A DNA stretch of 64,000 nucleotides, taken from positions 1 through 64,000 of the IMG/VR virus record IMGVR_UViG_3300028388_003330; one strand, given 5' to 3'. This document shows positions 54,182 to 63,716 of the stretch, piece by piece; the first letter of the stretch is position 1, and each line of letters starts with the position of its first letter. Under the pieces are notes generated by a model. That model had not been told where the DNA came from. It saw only the letters and a list, made by a program, of their open reading frames with translations, and ran no database searches. The position numbers and the translations under genes are program-made. Source of the stretch: a virus.

Positions 54182-54982
54182 TCAAGCAGCAGCCGGATCA
54201 CCGAACTTGAACAGAAGGTCGTTGTTGGTGCTGTCGGGATAGCCCGTGAATTCGACGTTGTAAACGCGTTCTTCGTCGAGCTTATACGCGAAGGAAACGG
54301 CACCAGCGGTCGCTGCCAGCGGAATGATCAGATCTTCAGATTGATCAGTCACAGGCAGCGAAACCGGATGGATAACCAGTTCCTTAGCGAGAGACAGCAG
54401 ATCAGTACCAACACCGTTGGTAACGTCTACACGCTTGGCACCGGCAGCGGCGGGCGTTGTTTCAACAGCGGCAAGCGTTCCGCCACTGACTGTAACGGTA
54501 GAGGTTACGCCAGATTCACGACCGGTCAGAACAAGAGAAGACCCGCCAGAGGCATCGGCAATCATAGGGGCAGCGCCCGACAGATTGATGCTCGCCTCAA
54601 GACCATCAAGAATCTCGGCTTCATCCGGAGTACCGCTAGCCTCATAGCTGTAAGCAACTCCATCAATCGTAACCGTGTAAGTTGTCGGAACAGGCCCCGC
54701 TTCATCAAGAGTGTAAACCTGCTTGGTTCCGCTATCTACGAGAGTGGCACCCGGCATGATACGAACCATGTTTTCAACGGTTGTTTCAGCCAGAGGGGCT
54801 GTAACGACAATCGAACGCTTGGTAATGAGTTCGTTAATCTCCGACTCACCAAACTGATCAACCATCACCTTATAGGTGTCAGTTGTAACCTCAACCTCTA
54901 CGCCGCCTTTGGTATAGCCCAAATCCACGCCGTCGAACCTGATGTTACATACACCCAATTTCACATTTTGAGTTGATGCCAT
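54182..54982 (-). CDS. Major tail tube protein with inserted domain
   Basis: NVKLG...DLGYTKGGVEV...DQFG...PLAETT; C-terminal ERVYNVEF.GYPD. Confidence 0.88.
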   Translation of the reverse strand: MASTQNVKLGVCNIRFDGVDLGYTKGGVEVEVTTDTYKVMVDQFGESEINELITKRSIVVTAPLAETTVENMVRIMPGATLVDSGTKQVYTLDEAGPVPTTYTVTIDGVAYSYEASGTPDEAEILDGLEASINLSGAAPMIADASGGSSLVLTGRESGVTSTVTVSGGTLAAVETTPAAAGAKRVDVTNGVGTDLLSLAKELVIHPVSLPVTDQSEDLIIPLAATAGAVSFAYKLDEERVYNVEFTGYPDSTNNDLLFKFGDPAAA

Positions 54983-55014
54983 CGAAAGTTCTCCTTTTGC
55001 AAAAGGTCTCTATC

Positions 55015-55398
55015 TCAAATCAAGACGTAAGCCGTCTCGAATGCTACTGCAAACTCTAGGTTGTCACCTGTGGAGTTTGGGTACACGACAGGGTCGTGCT
55101 GTGGGCGAATATATTTAACTAAAACGTCCGCTAGCTTGTCCGTTTCAGCCATGTTCAACAGCGCAGAAATTTCACTGCACAGTGCGAAACCCGTCTGATA
55201 ATCCGCTGCCCGGACAACGACCATAAACATGCCTTTCCGGTAGCCCGGTAGATCATGCTGGATCTGAGTTCCGGACAGCGGATTCAGAAGTAAAATGCCA
55301 GTGGTGGCCTCTTCTGGCATGTGATAGGCAAAGATATCAGTTCCTCGCCTACCGAAGCCTTCATCCTCAAGAAATTCCGCCACAGACTCAAGTTTCAT
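55015..55398 (-). CDS. Tail terminator-like protein
   Basis: Position and size. Confidence 0.7.
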   Translation of the reverse strand: MKLESVAEFLEDEGFGRRGTDIFAYHMPEEATTGILLLNPLSGTQIQHDLPGYRKGMFMVVVRAADYQTGFALCSEISALLNMAETDKLADVLVKYIRPQHDPVVYPNSTGDNLEFAVAFETAYVLI

Positions 55399-55820
55399 GA
55401 CCGCCTGATCGCTTGATTGATCGCCTCCGAAATCTTCCTTCCTATCTCGGGCGAGTACCTGTCTACAGCGTCAGACAAGAAGTGCGTGCGGGAGCCAGGT
55501 TTATTCTTGCCGTAGTTAGCGGTGTCAGGAATACCTTCATGAACAAGAGTGGCGTACTGCCCAACGTACTTTTTGCCATTCTTGATCGACTCATCCACAA
55601 ACACATCGATGACGACCCGGTTTTTAATCCCTTCACGGGATTCCTCAATGCGGAATGAATCTTCCAAAACACCCTTGTCTCGGGGTGCCCACAACTCGGC
55701 AAGCGTTTTGATCGCTTGTGCCCCATCGCGCAACGCCTGTAGCGCTTTTTTGTTCGACAACACACCGACGTTTTCAAGCCGATTTGCCGTTGAACTGATC
55801 CCAGTTACTTTGAGGCCCAT
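55395..55820 (-). CDS. HK97 gp10-like tail completion protein
   Basis: AP.DKG.LEDS...YA..VHEG...FL..A. Confidence 0.8.
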   Translation of the reverse strand: MGLKVTGISSTANRLENVGVLSNKKALQALRDGAQAIKTLAELWAPRDKGVLEDSFRIEESREGIKNRVVIDVFVDESIKNGKKYVGQYATLVHEGIPDTANYGKNKPGSRTHFLSDAVDRYSPEIGRKISEAINQAIRRS

Positions 55821-56164
55821 TGCTTACAATCCACTTGCCAGTGATGGAGATCGCCGTTGACCGTGTGTCTTGGAAAGACCGATTCAACTTCAAGGTTAAA
55901 TGACATTATGGAAATCCTGTCTCCCGGTTCCACGATGTCGGTCGCCTTCATCATCAAGCGAGCAATGACCGTCCTCTCTTCGGCATTGGCTCTGCTGGCT
56001 GAAGCGTCGGTGCGTACCGTAGTTCTCTGTGCTCCAGCCTCAAGTCGGACAATGCCAACCTGCGTTTCGTAACTATCGCCTTCCTGGGTTTGACCATATA
56101 AATCCGTCTCACCATTCATGCGAGTTACGATGCAATTGACATTGGCCTTAAACATACAGGGCAA
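55805..56164 (-). CDS. Head-closure / head-tail joining protein
   Basis: DLYGQ...RTDASASRA.A.E...GDRI; position. Confidence 0.7.
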   Translation of the reverse strand: MPCMFKANVNCIVTRMNGETDLYGQTQEGDSYETQVGIVRLEAGAQRTTVRTDASASRANAEERTVIARLMMKATDIVEPGDRISIMSFNLEVESVFPRHTVNGDLHHWQVDCKQWASK

Positions 56165-56167
56165 TTA

Positions 56168-56185
56168 TAAGTCACTGATTACTCA
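56168..56185. promoter_or_regulatory. Operator (TAAGTCA-CTGA-TTACTCA) overlapping a minus-strand TATAAT
   Basis: Near-perfect palindrome; TTGCGG-18-TATAAT. Confidence 0.7.
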
Positions 56186-56950
56186 ACCCGCAACAACATA
56201 GCAACTGCTGTTAGGGTGAAAAATATCGTCCTTAATATCTTCGTAAAGAGGCAACCCCAGAGTGGGGTCCGCAATAGCGAATTCTATTCCATTATACTTA
56301 TGTTTAGGGTCCGGATGCCTTACATAAGCGGAATTTTTACCGATCATTGCTAAAGAATATAAGTAAACCTCGTTATAGATCTTCATGGCGTAAGACCGGA
56401 ACAATCTATAAACAAAGGTTTCAGCACCCCAACGCTTTCCGCTTCTGTCCAAAAACACCATGTCGGGACGCTGACTTGTTAGCCGTACAGCGACTTGTGC
56501 GCTCCCCTGAGACATTCTTGAACTGTTCATAACGGAGAGCACGCGTAGCGCGAATTCCCGCGCATATCGCAGCACAGAGCGTCTGTCGCGCTCTAACTGA
56601 GCATGATAGAACTCAGCTAGATCCCGTTTCTCGTTGAACAGGAAATCTTCGACTTCTTCCGCCATCAAACCTTCGAAAACGGAGATGGTTTGAACGCCAG
56701 CCTCTTTCTCCACGTTAGCAATTGCCAGCTTTCGCATTTCCTCTGTAAGGTCGGAAATTACCCCCACCATTTCTTGGTAGTGAGTTTCAATGACATTGAT
56801 AACTTTGAGAGAAAACCGCCCCCTGCTCCCCACATTCATGGCGCTCGCGGTGCTGACGTGACCGTCGAGCATTCCTAGAAGGGCGTACTGTAAGGAGCGG
56901 TATTTACGAACTGCGGAATTTGCCTCCGCAGAAAAGAGTTCTGGATTCAT
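56183..56950 (-). CDS. Head morphogenesis / minor capsid-like protein
   Basis: F.DRSGKRW...FHPN motifs. Confidence 0.65.
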   Translation of the reverse strand: MNPELFSAEANSAVRKYRSLQYALLGMLDGHVSTASAMNVGSRGRFSLKVINVIETHYQEMVGVISDLTEEMRKLAIANVEKEAGVQTISVFEGLMAEEVEDFLFNEKRDLAEFYHAQLERDRRSVLRYAREFALRVLSVMNSSRMSQGSAQVAVRLTSQRPDMVFLDRSGKRWGAETFVYRLFRSYAMKIYNEVYLYSLAMIGKNSAYVRHPDPKHKYNGIEFAIADPTLGLPLYEDIKDDIFHPNSSCYVVAG

Positions 56951-57702
56951 GACCGCGCCAAGCGCTTCTTGAGGTATATATAACTAGCGAGATAACGCTG
57001 AGCCCTGCTCCGAATCGGCATCATAATGGGCTTGCCGGGGCGGAACATGTTAGAGCTTTCGCCTACGGTTTCCGACATGAGTCCGTCACGCCGACGATCT
57101 TCGATATATTCGCCGCCTAAAATTACATCGGATTCTGCAATTTGCGCCTTTTTTAGCGCAGAAGTGAATTCCACAGGCAATGAGGCGATATCTTCGTCCG
57201 TCAACTCGCTGAGCATGAAGGGTTCAGACCAATAATCTGAAACCAGGAACTTCATTTTCGCGATGGCGAAATAAGCCTCTTTAAGAGCAACAATCCGATC
57301 TTGTTCGGAAGCCGTATCCCATGCTTCGGTAGCCGGAACATCGAACGCCTCCAGAATCGCGTCGGAGTACGTCATGAAAGTGTTTTCCCAAGTCACCAAA
57401 CCATCGCCGGACTCAATCAAATAGCGATCTTTGATGATATGGACGCCATTGACGGTCGTAACCCGCAATTCAATCATGCGGATATCACGAACCTTCTCTG
57501 CCGGAAGTGTATTGTTGACCGCAAGAACGGTGACAGACACCTCAAGATCATCGGAATCGAAACCAATGTTGGTCGTTCCGATAATTTCTGTCTCCGAACC
57601 GTCCAAAAGACGATAGGAAAGCGCGGTCGGATAAACTTGCGACCCATTAACTGTTAACGGGATGGTCCTTACAATATCAACGCCAGACAGGAAGGTGTTC
57701 AT
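56947..57702 (-). CDS. Head-tail adaptor protein
   Basis: ALKEA...LP.EF..AL..AQ...SETVGESS. Confidence 0.7.
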   Translation of the reverse strand: MNTFLSGVDIVRTIPLTVNGSQVYPTALSYRLLDGSETEIIGTTNIGFDSDDLEVSVTVLAVNNTLPAEKVRDIRMIELRVTTVNGVHIIKDRYLIESGDGLVTWENTFMTYSDAILEAFDVPATEAWDTASEQDRIVALKEAYFAIAKMKFLVSDYWSEPFMLSELTDEDIASLPVEFTSALKKAQIAESDVILGGEYIEDRRRDGLMSETVGESSNMFRPGKPIMMPIRSRAQRYLASYIYLKKRLARS

Positions 57703-57710
57703 GCGTCAAC

Positions 57711-58127
57711 TCATTCCGCAGCCAACTGTTGAGCGTTAATAATACCGGTAATCAGGCCCTTGATGCTGTTGGAGCGGATATCGAACTCTTCGCCAATTGC
57801 ACGCAAACCCTGAATGCCTTTTTCATCGGCAATTTTCTCCAGTTGTGCTCGGTCATATTTAATTACCGGCTTCTTTGGAGGTTCAACAGGATCAGGCTGA
57901 CTTACGCGACTCGAAACAACCGGAGCGGGAGTGCTTTTGTTCGCTTCGTAGGCGCGGCTCGTTAGCTTATTGCCGTCGCCTTCGATAACTTCAACCCTGG
58001 TAAGCGCAGAAAGAAGATTAGCTTGCTGATAGCTAATCGGTTCAGAAACGCCATTTTCGAACTTGGTCATTCCAAGATCGCCGTTGAAATTATCGTATCC
58101 CTTGCCAACCAGTTTCACGCGAATCAT
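57711..58127 (-). CDS. Hypothetical protein with C-terminal HeH/LEM-like helical domain
   Basis: LEKIADEKGIQGLRAIG...SIKGLI..I. Confidence 0.7.
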   Translation of the reverse strand: MIRVKLVGKGYDNFNGDLGMTKFENGVSEPISYQQANLLSALTRVEVIEGDGNKLTSRAYEANKSTPAPVVSSRVSQPDPVEPPKKPVIKYDRAQLEKIADEKGIQGLRAIGEEFDIRSNSIKGLITGIINAQQLAAE

Positions 58128-58148
58128 GTTTTTTCCCCTGTAACGAAC

Positions 58149-58177
58149 AAGGGGGTGAGGAAAACCCCCACCCCCTT
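58149..58177 (-). terminator. Hairpin after the major capsid gene
   Basis: AAGGGGGTGAGG...CCCCACCCCCTT. Confidence 0.55.
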
Positions 58178-58213
58178 TGAGTTTGCTAGGTCATCGCTGA
58201 CATAGCTTATCGC

Positions 58214-59119
58214 TTAGATGTTGGTAACACCCTGCAGACGCGCCAGCGACTTGGTGGACTTCAGGGCGGTGCCGCAGTACCACTTCAGACGCGTGCGAGT
58301 GGCGTCTTTGTTCTGAACAGTACCGATGTCCTCGACAACGATACCGGCAGAGTTGCCACCATAGATGCCGTGCAGACCGTCAACTTCGTTCAGGCGCATA
58401 GCGTAGATGGAGCAACAAACGCCAGTCGAGCTACCCTGATCTTCGTCACCCGGCAGGAAGTCATTGATAATGACCGGAACGCCATTATGGGTGAGCATCG
58501 GACGACCGAAGTTCTCCATCATGACGTGCGCGGGCTCAAGACCGCCAGAGGCACGGAGCAGAGTACGCAGAGCGCGAGCAGTGCCAGAACGCATCATGAT
58601 GGCATCAGCGCCGTTCGGCACCATGTCCAGCAGTTCGTCCAGCATGTCGAGCGTCAGAGCCGCACCATTGACAGCAGCGTCGATAGTCTGACCAACGGTC
58701 ACCAGAGAGGAAACACCATCAAACTCTTTGGCGTTAACACCGCTATCGCCAATAGCGAGAGTAGCGCGGAATTTACGCGCAAGACCCTTGGCTTTAGCAG
58801 CGATCTGAATCGCCTTCTGGTTGTTGGTGTCGCCCATGGTGGCGTCGAGGAATTTATCGACATCCACGTCACCAGCAAGGATCTTCAGATTCGCAGTAAC
58901 CTGCGTGAAGGTGCTCGCCTCTTCGGTCACGGTCTCGTTCGGATCGATGAACGCGCCTTCAGAGATGACGTTCTCACGGTTGTAAACGTAAGCTTTACCC
59001 TCGGTACGGGTAAAGGGCAGTACAGCAAAGAGGTCTTCTTTATCGATGATCTCTTCGATGACGCCTGCCACCAGATCATTGTTAGAAAGCTTTTCAGCTT
59101 CAGTTTTGAGCAGAGCCAT
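58214..59119 (-). CDS. Major capsid protein (HK97 fold)
   Basis: LPF...GKAY.YNRE, GDVDVDKF, FDG, RTRLKWYCG.AL...LARL. Confidence 0.92.
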   Translation of the reverse strand: MALLKTEAEKLSNNDLVAGVIEEIIDKEDLFAVLPFTRTEGKAYVYNRENVISEGAFIDPNETVTEEASTFTQVTANLKILAGDVDVDKFLDATMGDTNNQKAIQIAAKAKGLARKFRATLAIGDSGVNAKEFDGVSSLVTVGQTIDAAVNGAALTLDMLDELLDMVPNGADAIMMRSGTARALRTLLRASGGLEPAHVMMENFGRPMLTHNGVPVIINDFLPGDEDQGSSTGVCCSIYAMRLNEVDGLHGIYGGNSAGIVVEDIGTVQNKDATRTRLKWYCGTALKSTKSLARLQGVTNI

Positions 59120-59158
59120 TGATTTTCTCCCTTAGAAAGAAATAAAAGTCGCAGGCGT

Positions 59159-59176
59159 TAAGTAACTGGGGACTTA
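59159..59176. promoter_or_regulatory. Operator (TAAGTAA-CTGG-GGACTTA) upstream of the major capsid gene
   Basis: Consensus match. Confidence 0.65.
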
Positions 59177-59210
59177 ATCATAACAAACTTTTCGCCGCAT
59201 GCACAAATAT

Positions 59211-60089
59211 TTATGCACCTGCTCGCAAACTGGCTGCAATACGTTCGTGACCACGAAGCTTCGGTTTCTCTTCCGGCGCTTTATCAGTAATGGTTTTCGA
59301 ACCTGCACCCGGCTTTGCTTTGGAGCGAATCAGTTGTTCACGATCAGGATCGGTCTCAATGATTTTCTTAAGGGCCTCTTCAAAACCAAGAGGTTCTCCT
59401 TTGCCATCAATGAGTTGCGTCCGACCCTCTGCGCCTCTCGGCTTGTCGTACCCAACAACCTGACCATCTTCAATATCGAAATGGCTGCCGTATACAATCC
59501 GCGCTTTGTTGGGCGTAAGAGTCAACTCTTCGGCAATGTATTTCGAATTGTCGAAATTATGACCGACGGTTAGCTTTTCGATGACCGAGTCTTTAGTTTG
59601 CAGACCATTTTCCAATTCACTAAGGCGCTCTTGGAGCGACTTGAGTTCGTTCTGGTGCTGCTCGACCATCTGTTGCTTGAGCTTGTCCCACTCACCCCTT
59701 TCCTCAAGTCGCTTGGTTTCGGCCTTCTTTTTGGACTCCACCAGTTCCTTGATTTCCTTCGGGTCGTAACCTTCCCACTGACCAAGAGCCTTTTTCATGG
59801 CATCCATCTCGGAACGAAGTTCCTTAATGGTCTGCTTCTTCTGCATCACCTCTTTCAGGAGTTGAGCGTCGGCATCAGAAATTTTCTTTTTGCCTTCGTA
59901 CTCTTCAGAGGAATCGTCAGAATCATCAGGGGAAGCCGTATCAGCAGAAGCTTTTACCGTATCGTCACCGCCTTCGCTGTCACTTGCTTCGACGGAATCT
60001 TCGGTACCACCTGCTGCATTGGCAGCGGTGTCATCTTCTTTGGCATCCCAGTAGCCACGATTGATCAGTTGTCGGATTGCAAACGGCAT
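59211..60089 (-). CDS. Capsid scaffolding protein
   Basis: Acidic N-terminus, coiled coil, YDKP.G...R..L.D..G.PL; between portal and capsid genes. Confidence 0.82.
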   Translation of the reverse strand: MPFAIRQLINRGYWDAKEDDTAANAAGGTEDSVEASDSEGGDDTVKASADTASPDDSDDSSEEYEGKKKISDADAQLLKEVMQKKQTIKELRSEMDAMKKALGQWEGYDPKEIKELVESKKKAETKRLEERGEWDKLKQQMVEQHQNELKSLQERLSELENGLQTKDSVIEKLTVGHNFDNSKYIAEELTLTPNKARIVYGSHFDIEDGQVVGYDKPRGAEGRTQLIDGKGEPLGFEEALKKIIETDPDREQLIRSKAKPGAGSKTITDKAPEEKPKLRGHERIAASLRAGA

Positions 60090-60109
60090 TTTTTAACCTC
60101 TCGCTTGGT

Positions 60110-61624
60110 TTAGCTTTGCTCAGTTTCTTGAGCCGGAGTTTCATCTTCCTCATTGACCAGTGAACGAGATCCGACCATTAGCGAATCCTGTACGGGCCAA
60201 GATTTAAGATTGGCTTTGATCTGTTCCTTGAGATTTTCCGCAAGGTACGGGAACAGCTTCTCAACCACCTGCTCCATTTGATATCGACGAACATCATCAG
60301 GAGCATCGATAAGCGCCAACTGCGACGCAATTTCGAATTCATCAGAAAGACCGCGAACGTCGAAATCATCCGGATACCGGATCAACGGCTCTTCGGTGTG
60401 TTTGTTGCTTTGACCAGACCACAGATTGATCAGCGCGATCATTTTATTTTCCGCAGCCTCAAGCATTCCTGCCTTGGAGGTAAGCAGCGAATTGACACGC
60501 TCAAAATCGTAAGCCTTGGCGACACCAGAGGAATTATCGATCCCCATAGAGTTGTCTGATTTCGTTCGCTCGCCAGCAACTCCGACCGAATGATAAATTT
60601 CGTTGATAATTTGCTTAACCACCGAAATGATCAGTTCAGCCTGTTTCGGATCTGGCGACAGGAAAAACGGCTTGGCACCGTTTTCACCGTCAAACAGGAA
60701 AATCCTCTTGGTGCCCATTTCCATGAGCTGGTCGTACTCGTCATCGCCAGGAAGAACGCCCTGTGCTGGCATAGCCAACTGCGAGAACGTTTGATCCTGA
60801 ATGATGGCGTCCAAATTTGACAAATAATTGGCTACAGCACGATCAAGATAGGCGATATCGCCAATCAGCGAAGGAGCGGTGTACTTGCTTTCATCGGTTG
60901 TGATGTGATCAACGGGGAATACCGGAACAACGCCAAGATTGTGTACACCACTATCTTCAACGACGTAGTTGGTTTTGTTGCCGTCGGTCATCACACCAAT
61001 AAGAACCCACTCTTCGCGAGTCCAAAGCCGATAACGGCTGGATACCTCACCTGACGATTCAAGCGGATCTTCGTCATCGCGGTATTGCTCACGGATCAGA
61101 ATCCAACGCAATTCACCGTCATCATCGAAACTCATATCCAGCGCATTCTGCGGAGACACCAGATACGAATAGATCCGACCGCTAGATTGTTTCTCGTCAG
61201 CGAGACTAATTGACTCTTCGTTTTTGGAAGAATCCACTACAACCCAAATTCGACCGTAAATCGATGATTTATCAGCAATTTGGCGAATGTAGTGTTCAAT
61301 GTCCATGCCTCCGGGCGTTGCATTACGCCAGAACATTGCCACCGCATCAGAAGCGTCATCTTTGACCCGCTCAATCTTGGCTCGAAAAATATATTTCGAC
61401 ACCAGATCCACAATCTCTCGGGAATGATTGAACCGATAGGCGCGCTCCACCCGATCTGCGTACTCTTCAGGGCCTTCTTTCAGATACTTGAAGATGTTGA
61501 AGTCAAACCAAGCCCTACCGCCTTCATAGGTATCATTGAGAAAATCCCAATGAGAGACTTTATCCTCATATTCAGGATGTCGCCTCTCAACGAGTTGCTT
61601 AAGCTTTTCTTCGGTGGTTTTCAT
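60110..61624 (-). CDS. Portal protein
   Basis: HPEY...W..L..TYEGG, Y..R..RA...N, SGVAKAYDF; follows terL. Confidence 0.9.
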   Translation of the reverse strand: MKTTEEKLKQLVERRHPEYEDKVSHWDFLNDTYEGGRAWFDFNIFKYLKEGPEEYADRVERAYRFNHSREIVDLVSKYIFRAKIERVKDDASDAVAMFWRNATPGGMDIEHYIRQIADKSSIYGRIWVVVDSSKNEESISLADEKQSSGRIYSYLVSPQNALDMSFDDDGELRWILIREQYRDDEDPLESSGEVSSRYRLWTREEWVLIGVMTDGNKTNYVVEDSGVHNLGVVPVFPVDHITTDESKYTAPSLIGDIAYLDRAVANYLSNLDAIIQDQTFSQLAMPAQGVLPGDDEYDQLMEMGTKRIFLFDGENGAKPFFLSPDPKQAELIISVVKQIINEIYHSVGVAGERTKSDNSMGIDNSSGVAKAYDFERVNSLLTSKAGMLEAAENKMIALINLWSGQSNKHTEEPLIRYPDDFDVRGLSDEFEIASQLALIDAPDDVRRYQMEQVVEKLFPYLAENLKEQIKANLKSWPVQDSLMVGSRSLVNEEDETPAQETEQS

Positions 61625-61652
61625 AGACAGGACTTTTTCATGGCGCTAAACA

Positions 61653-61670
61653 TAAGTCATCACCTACTTA
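61653..61670. promoter_or_regulatory. Operator (TAAGTCA-TCAC-CTACTTA) filling the spacer of a minus-strand promoter TTGCAA-17-TATGTT
   Basis: Direct reading. Confidence 0.7.
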
Positions 61671-61680
61671 TTTGCAAGGT

Positions 61681-62976
61681 TTAGATAGACAGACCCCTTA
61701 TATTGGTCAATCGCACCGGATATTCGTACTCAATGCAATAGCCAAGCGCATCTGTGGCGTGTTCCACACTCATCATTTTGTCGATCTCTGGCGACCCTTC
61801 CTTATAGATGGTCTGCTCGAAAGACTGGATGGTTTCCTTGCATTTTTCATCGACCCGCAAACGGACTCGACCGTCGGCTGACATGAGCATGCGATTCACG
61901 GCATTTACTCTGTCTTTGACCTTTGGATGGCTGTAATGATATTTCATTCTCTTGAAACCGCGCTCCCTGAAAATATCCAGATCCGATTCACCCCTGGCGT
62001 GCTGACGATGCCCACCTGCGGGGTCAGGGTAGATGGTCGTACTCCGCAAATAACGCCAAAAGCGTCGCTCTAGCTCATTACAGGTTTCTTCTGTGTTGGA
62101 ACCGTACAGGATCACCTCGTCAACAACCCAAAGTTCGCCATTCCGCTGTGGCTGCATGATGATCGAAGTCATGGGGTCGATGTTGAAGTCCTGACCAACC
62201 CAGATAGGGAGATTCTCGTTAAATTGCAGCTTTCCAACGTGCAAACCGCGATCAAACGGGTAATAAACCCTACCCGACATGGTTTCAAAGCTAGCCTCAA
62301 ACTCCTGCTTGAAGGACTTGGCGTCCATGTCGCGGCGAGCCTGTTCGATCTCGGAATCAGGGATAAAAGGCGAGGAAATGCTCGGAAACTGCCAAGATTC
62401 CCATTGATTTGTCGAAATATATTCGGGCTGTTGACCCAAAACGTACAGATCGTACAGGTGATTAAATGACTTCGGAGTCCCGATAAAAAGTGCATGACCT
62501 CCAGTGCTGGCGAGAGTCGGACGAACCGCTTCTTGCCACACTTCCCACTTCATGTCCTGAAACTCGTCCAAAACCACATAATCCAGACCAACGCCGCGCA
62601 GCGTATCCGGCTTATCAGCGCCCTTACACTCAATCATGGAGCCATTAATGAGCCGAACCGTCATGGTCGTCTCATTCAGCTTTTTGATCCATTGGGAGGG
62701 GATGGCTTCGACAAGTTCATCCCAGATAATCTGTTTTGCCATTCGATAGGTTGGCGCGATGTACCAGACCTTCTGCTTGGCTTTGCGCGTACGATGGATC
62801 ATGGTGGTTTTGGCAAGCTGAGTTTTACCCCAGCGTCGACCGGCAACAACCACTTTAAAGCGCGCCTTAGATCGATAAACGAGTTCTTGACCTGGGTGCA
62901 GAAGAAGATTGTTCTTGGGTTTTTCAACCCGCGCCAATTCCTCCAATACAGGGTCTAAACTAGCCGTTGAGTGCAT
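61681..62976 (-). CDS. terL: Terminase large subunit
   Basis: AGRRWGKT Walker A, LRG..LDYVVLDE, IGTP, GQDFN, YPDPAG, H..DA.GY. Confidence 0.95.
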   Translation of the reverse strand: MHSTASLDPVLEELARVEKPKNNLLLHPGQELVYRSKARFKVVVAGRRWGKTQLAKTTMIHRTRKAKQKVWYIAPTYRMAKQIIWDELVEAIPSQWIKKLNETTMTVRLINGSMIECKGADKPDTLRGVGLDYVVLDEFQDMKWEVWQEAVRPTLASTGGHALFIGTPKSFNHLYDLYVLGQQPEYISTNQWESWQFPSISSPFIPDSEIEQARRDMDAKSFKQEFEASFETMSGRVYYPFDRGLHVGKLQFNENLPIWVGQDFNIDPMTSIIMQPQRNGELWVVDEVILYGSNTEETCNELERRFWRYLRSTTIYPDPAGGHRQHARGESDLDIFRERGFKRMKYHYSHPKVKDRVNAVNRMLMSADGRVRLRVDEKCKETIQSFEQTIYKEGSPEIDKMMSVEHATDALGYCIEYEYPVRLTNIRGLSI

Positions 62977-63631
62977 TCTTGATATCTTCTTCGGATTCCC
63001 GACTGATTTCTTCTAACTCATCAACCGATGTTTCCAACTGCTCAAGCGGCACGACACCCGAACGCAATTCTGCTTCTCTTTGAACCTCTTTGACTTCGTC
63101 TTCGGTCATGCCGCGAATGATCAGTTCCGGCAAATCCCTTTCCTGTTCGTCCTCTTTGTCCATGTCAGTAGCCTTGGCTCTCTGATCAAAGGCTTTCTGC
63201 TGGATGCTCAAGGCTCGCTCAATGGAGCGAAGATCAGGCTCTACTGACGCTAGGCTAACGCCGTTTTTCATAGCATCGGCAACGATCTTCATTCCGGCCT
63301 TAGCCAACACCGTTGCGTTGTTGTAGTGGAACTGTTTGGTGTCGATTTGCCTTTTTGCAATTATTTTTGCATTCCAAACATCGGCGCGAACCAATTCCTC
63401 GTGAACCTTTTTCCGATGCTCTTCTGCCTTCTCACCGTAGCGAATCCCCCATTCCTTCATTTTGCGCGAAACGGTTTCACGCCGAACGCTGTATTTTTCA
63501 GCGATATCCATAAGGCGCATCTCACCCATTGCCCAAATAGCGGCAATTTCTTGCCACTGTTTTTTGGTCAGGCGATTACCTTTGTTGGTGTCTTTGTTTG
63601 TTCCGTCACTCATTCTCTTGGCTCGGGACAA
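62960..63631 (-). CDS. terS: Terminase small subunit (start possibly ATG 63613)
   Basis: N-terminal HTH (LMDIAEKYSVRRETVSRK); directly upstream of terL. Confidence 0.75.
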   Translation of the reverse strand: MSRAKRMSDGTNKDTNKGNRLTKKQWQEIAAIWAMGEMRLMDIAEKYSVRRETVSRKMKEWGIRYGEKAEEHRKKVHEELVRADVWNAKIIAKRQIDTKQFHYNNATVLAKAGMKIVADAMKNGVSLASVEPDLRSIERALSIQQKAFDQRAKATDMDKEDEQERDLPELIIRGMTEDEVKEVQREAELRSGVVPLEQLETSVDELEEISRESEEDIKNALNG

Positions 63632-63681
63632 AAAAATGGGCGTATGCTGGGATACGCCCTAACACAGGAGGGACTGCAATT
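63630..63681 (-). ncRNA. Candidate ~52-nt sRNA / terminated late leader with anti-SD seed
   Basis: Consensus promoter, then AAUUGCAGUCCCUCCUGUGUUA, 8-bp hairpin GGGCGUAU/AUACGCCC and a U7 tail. Confidence 0.65.
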
Positions 63682-63687
63682 AAGGGC

Positions 63688-63716
63688 ATTATAGGTTTGA
63701 GTATAAATATGGTCAA
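63688..63716 (-). promoter_or_regulatory. Strong sigma70 promoter TTGACC-17-TATAAT
   Basis: -35 at 63716-63711, -10 at 63693-63688. Confidence 0.8.

Noticed and set aside
53885-54976. 363-aa plus-strand ORF (similarly 24299-25126, 58370-59122, 26284-26877)
   Set aside because: Antisense to well-supported structural genes; no motifs or RBS
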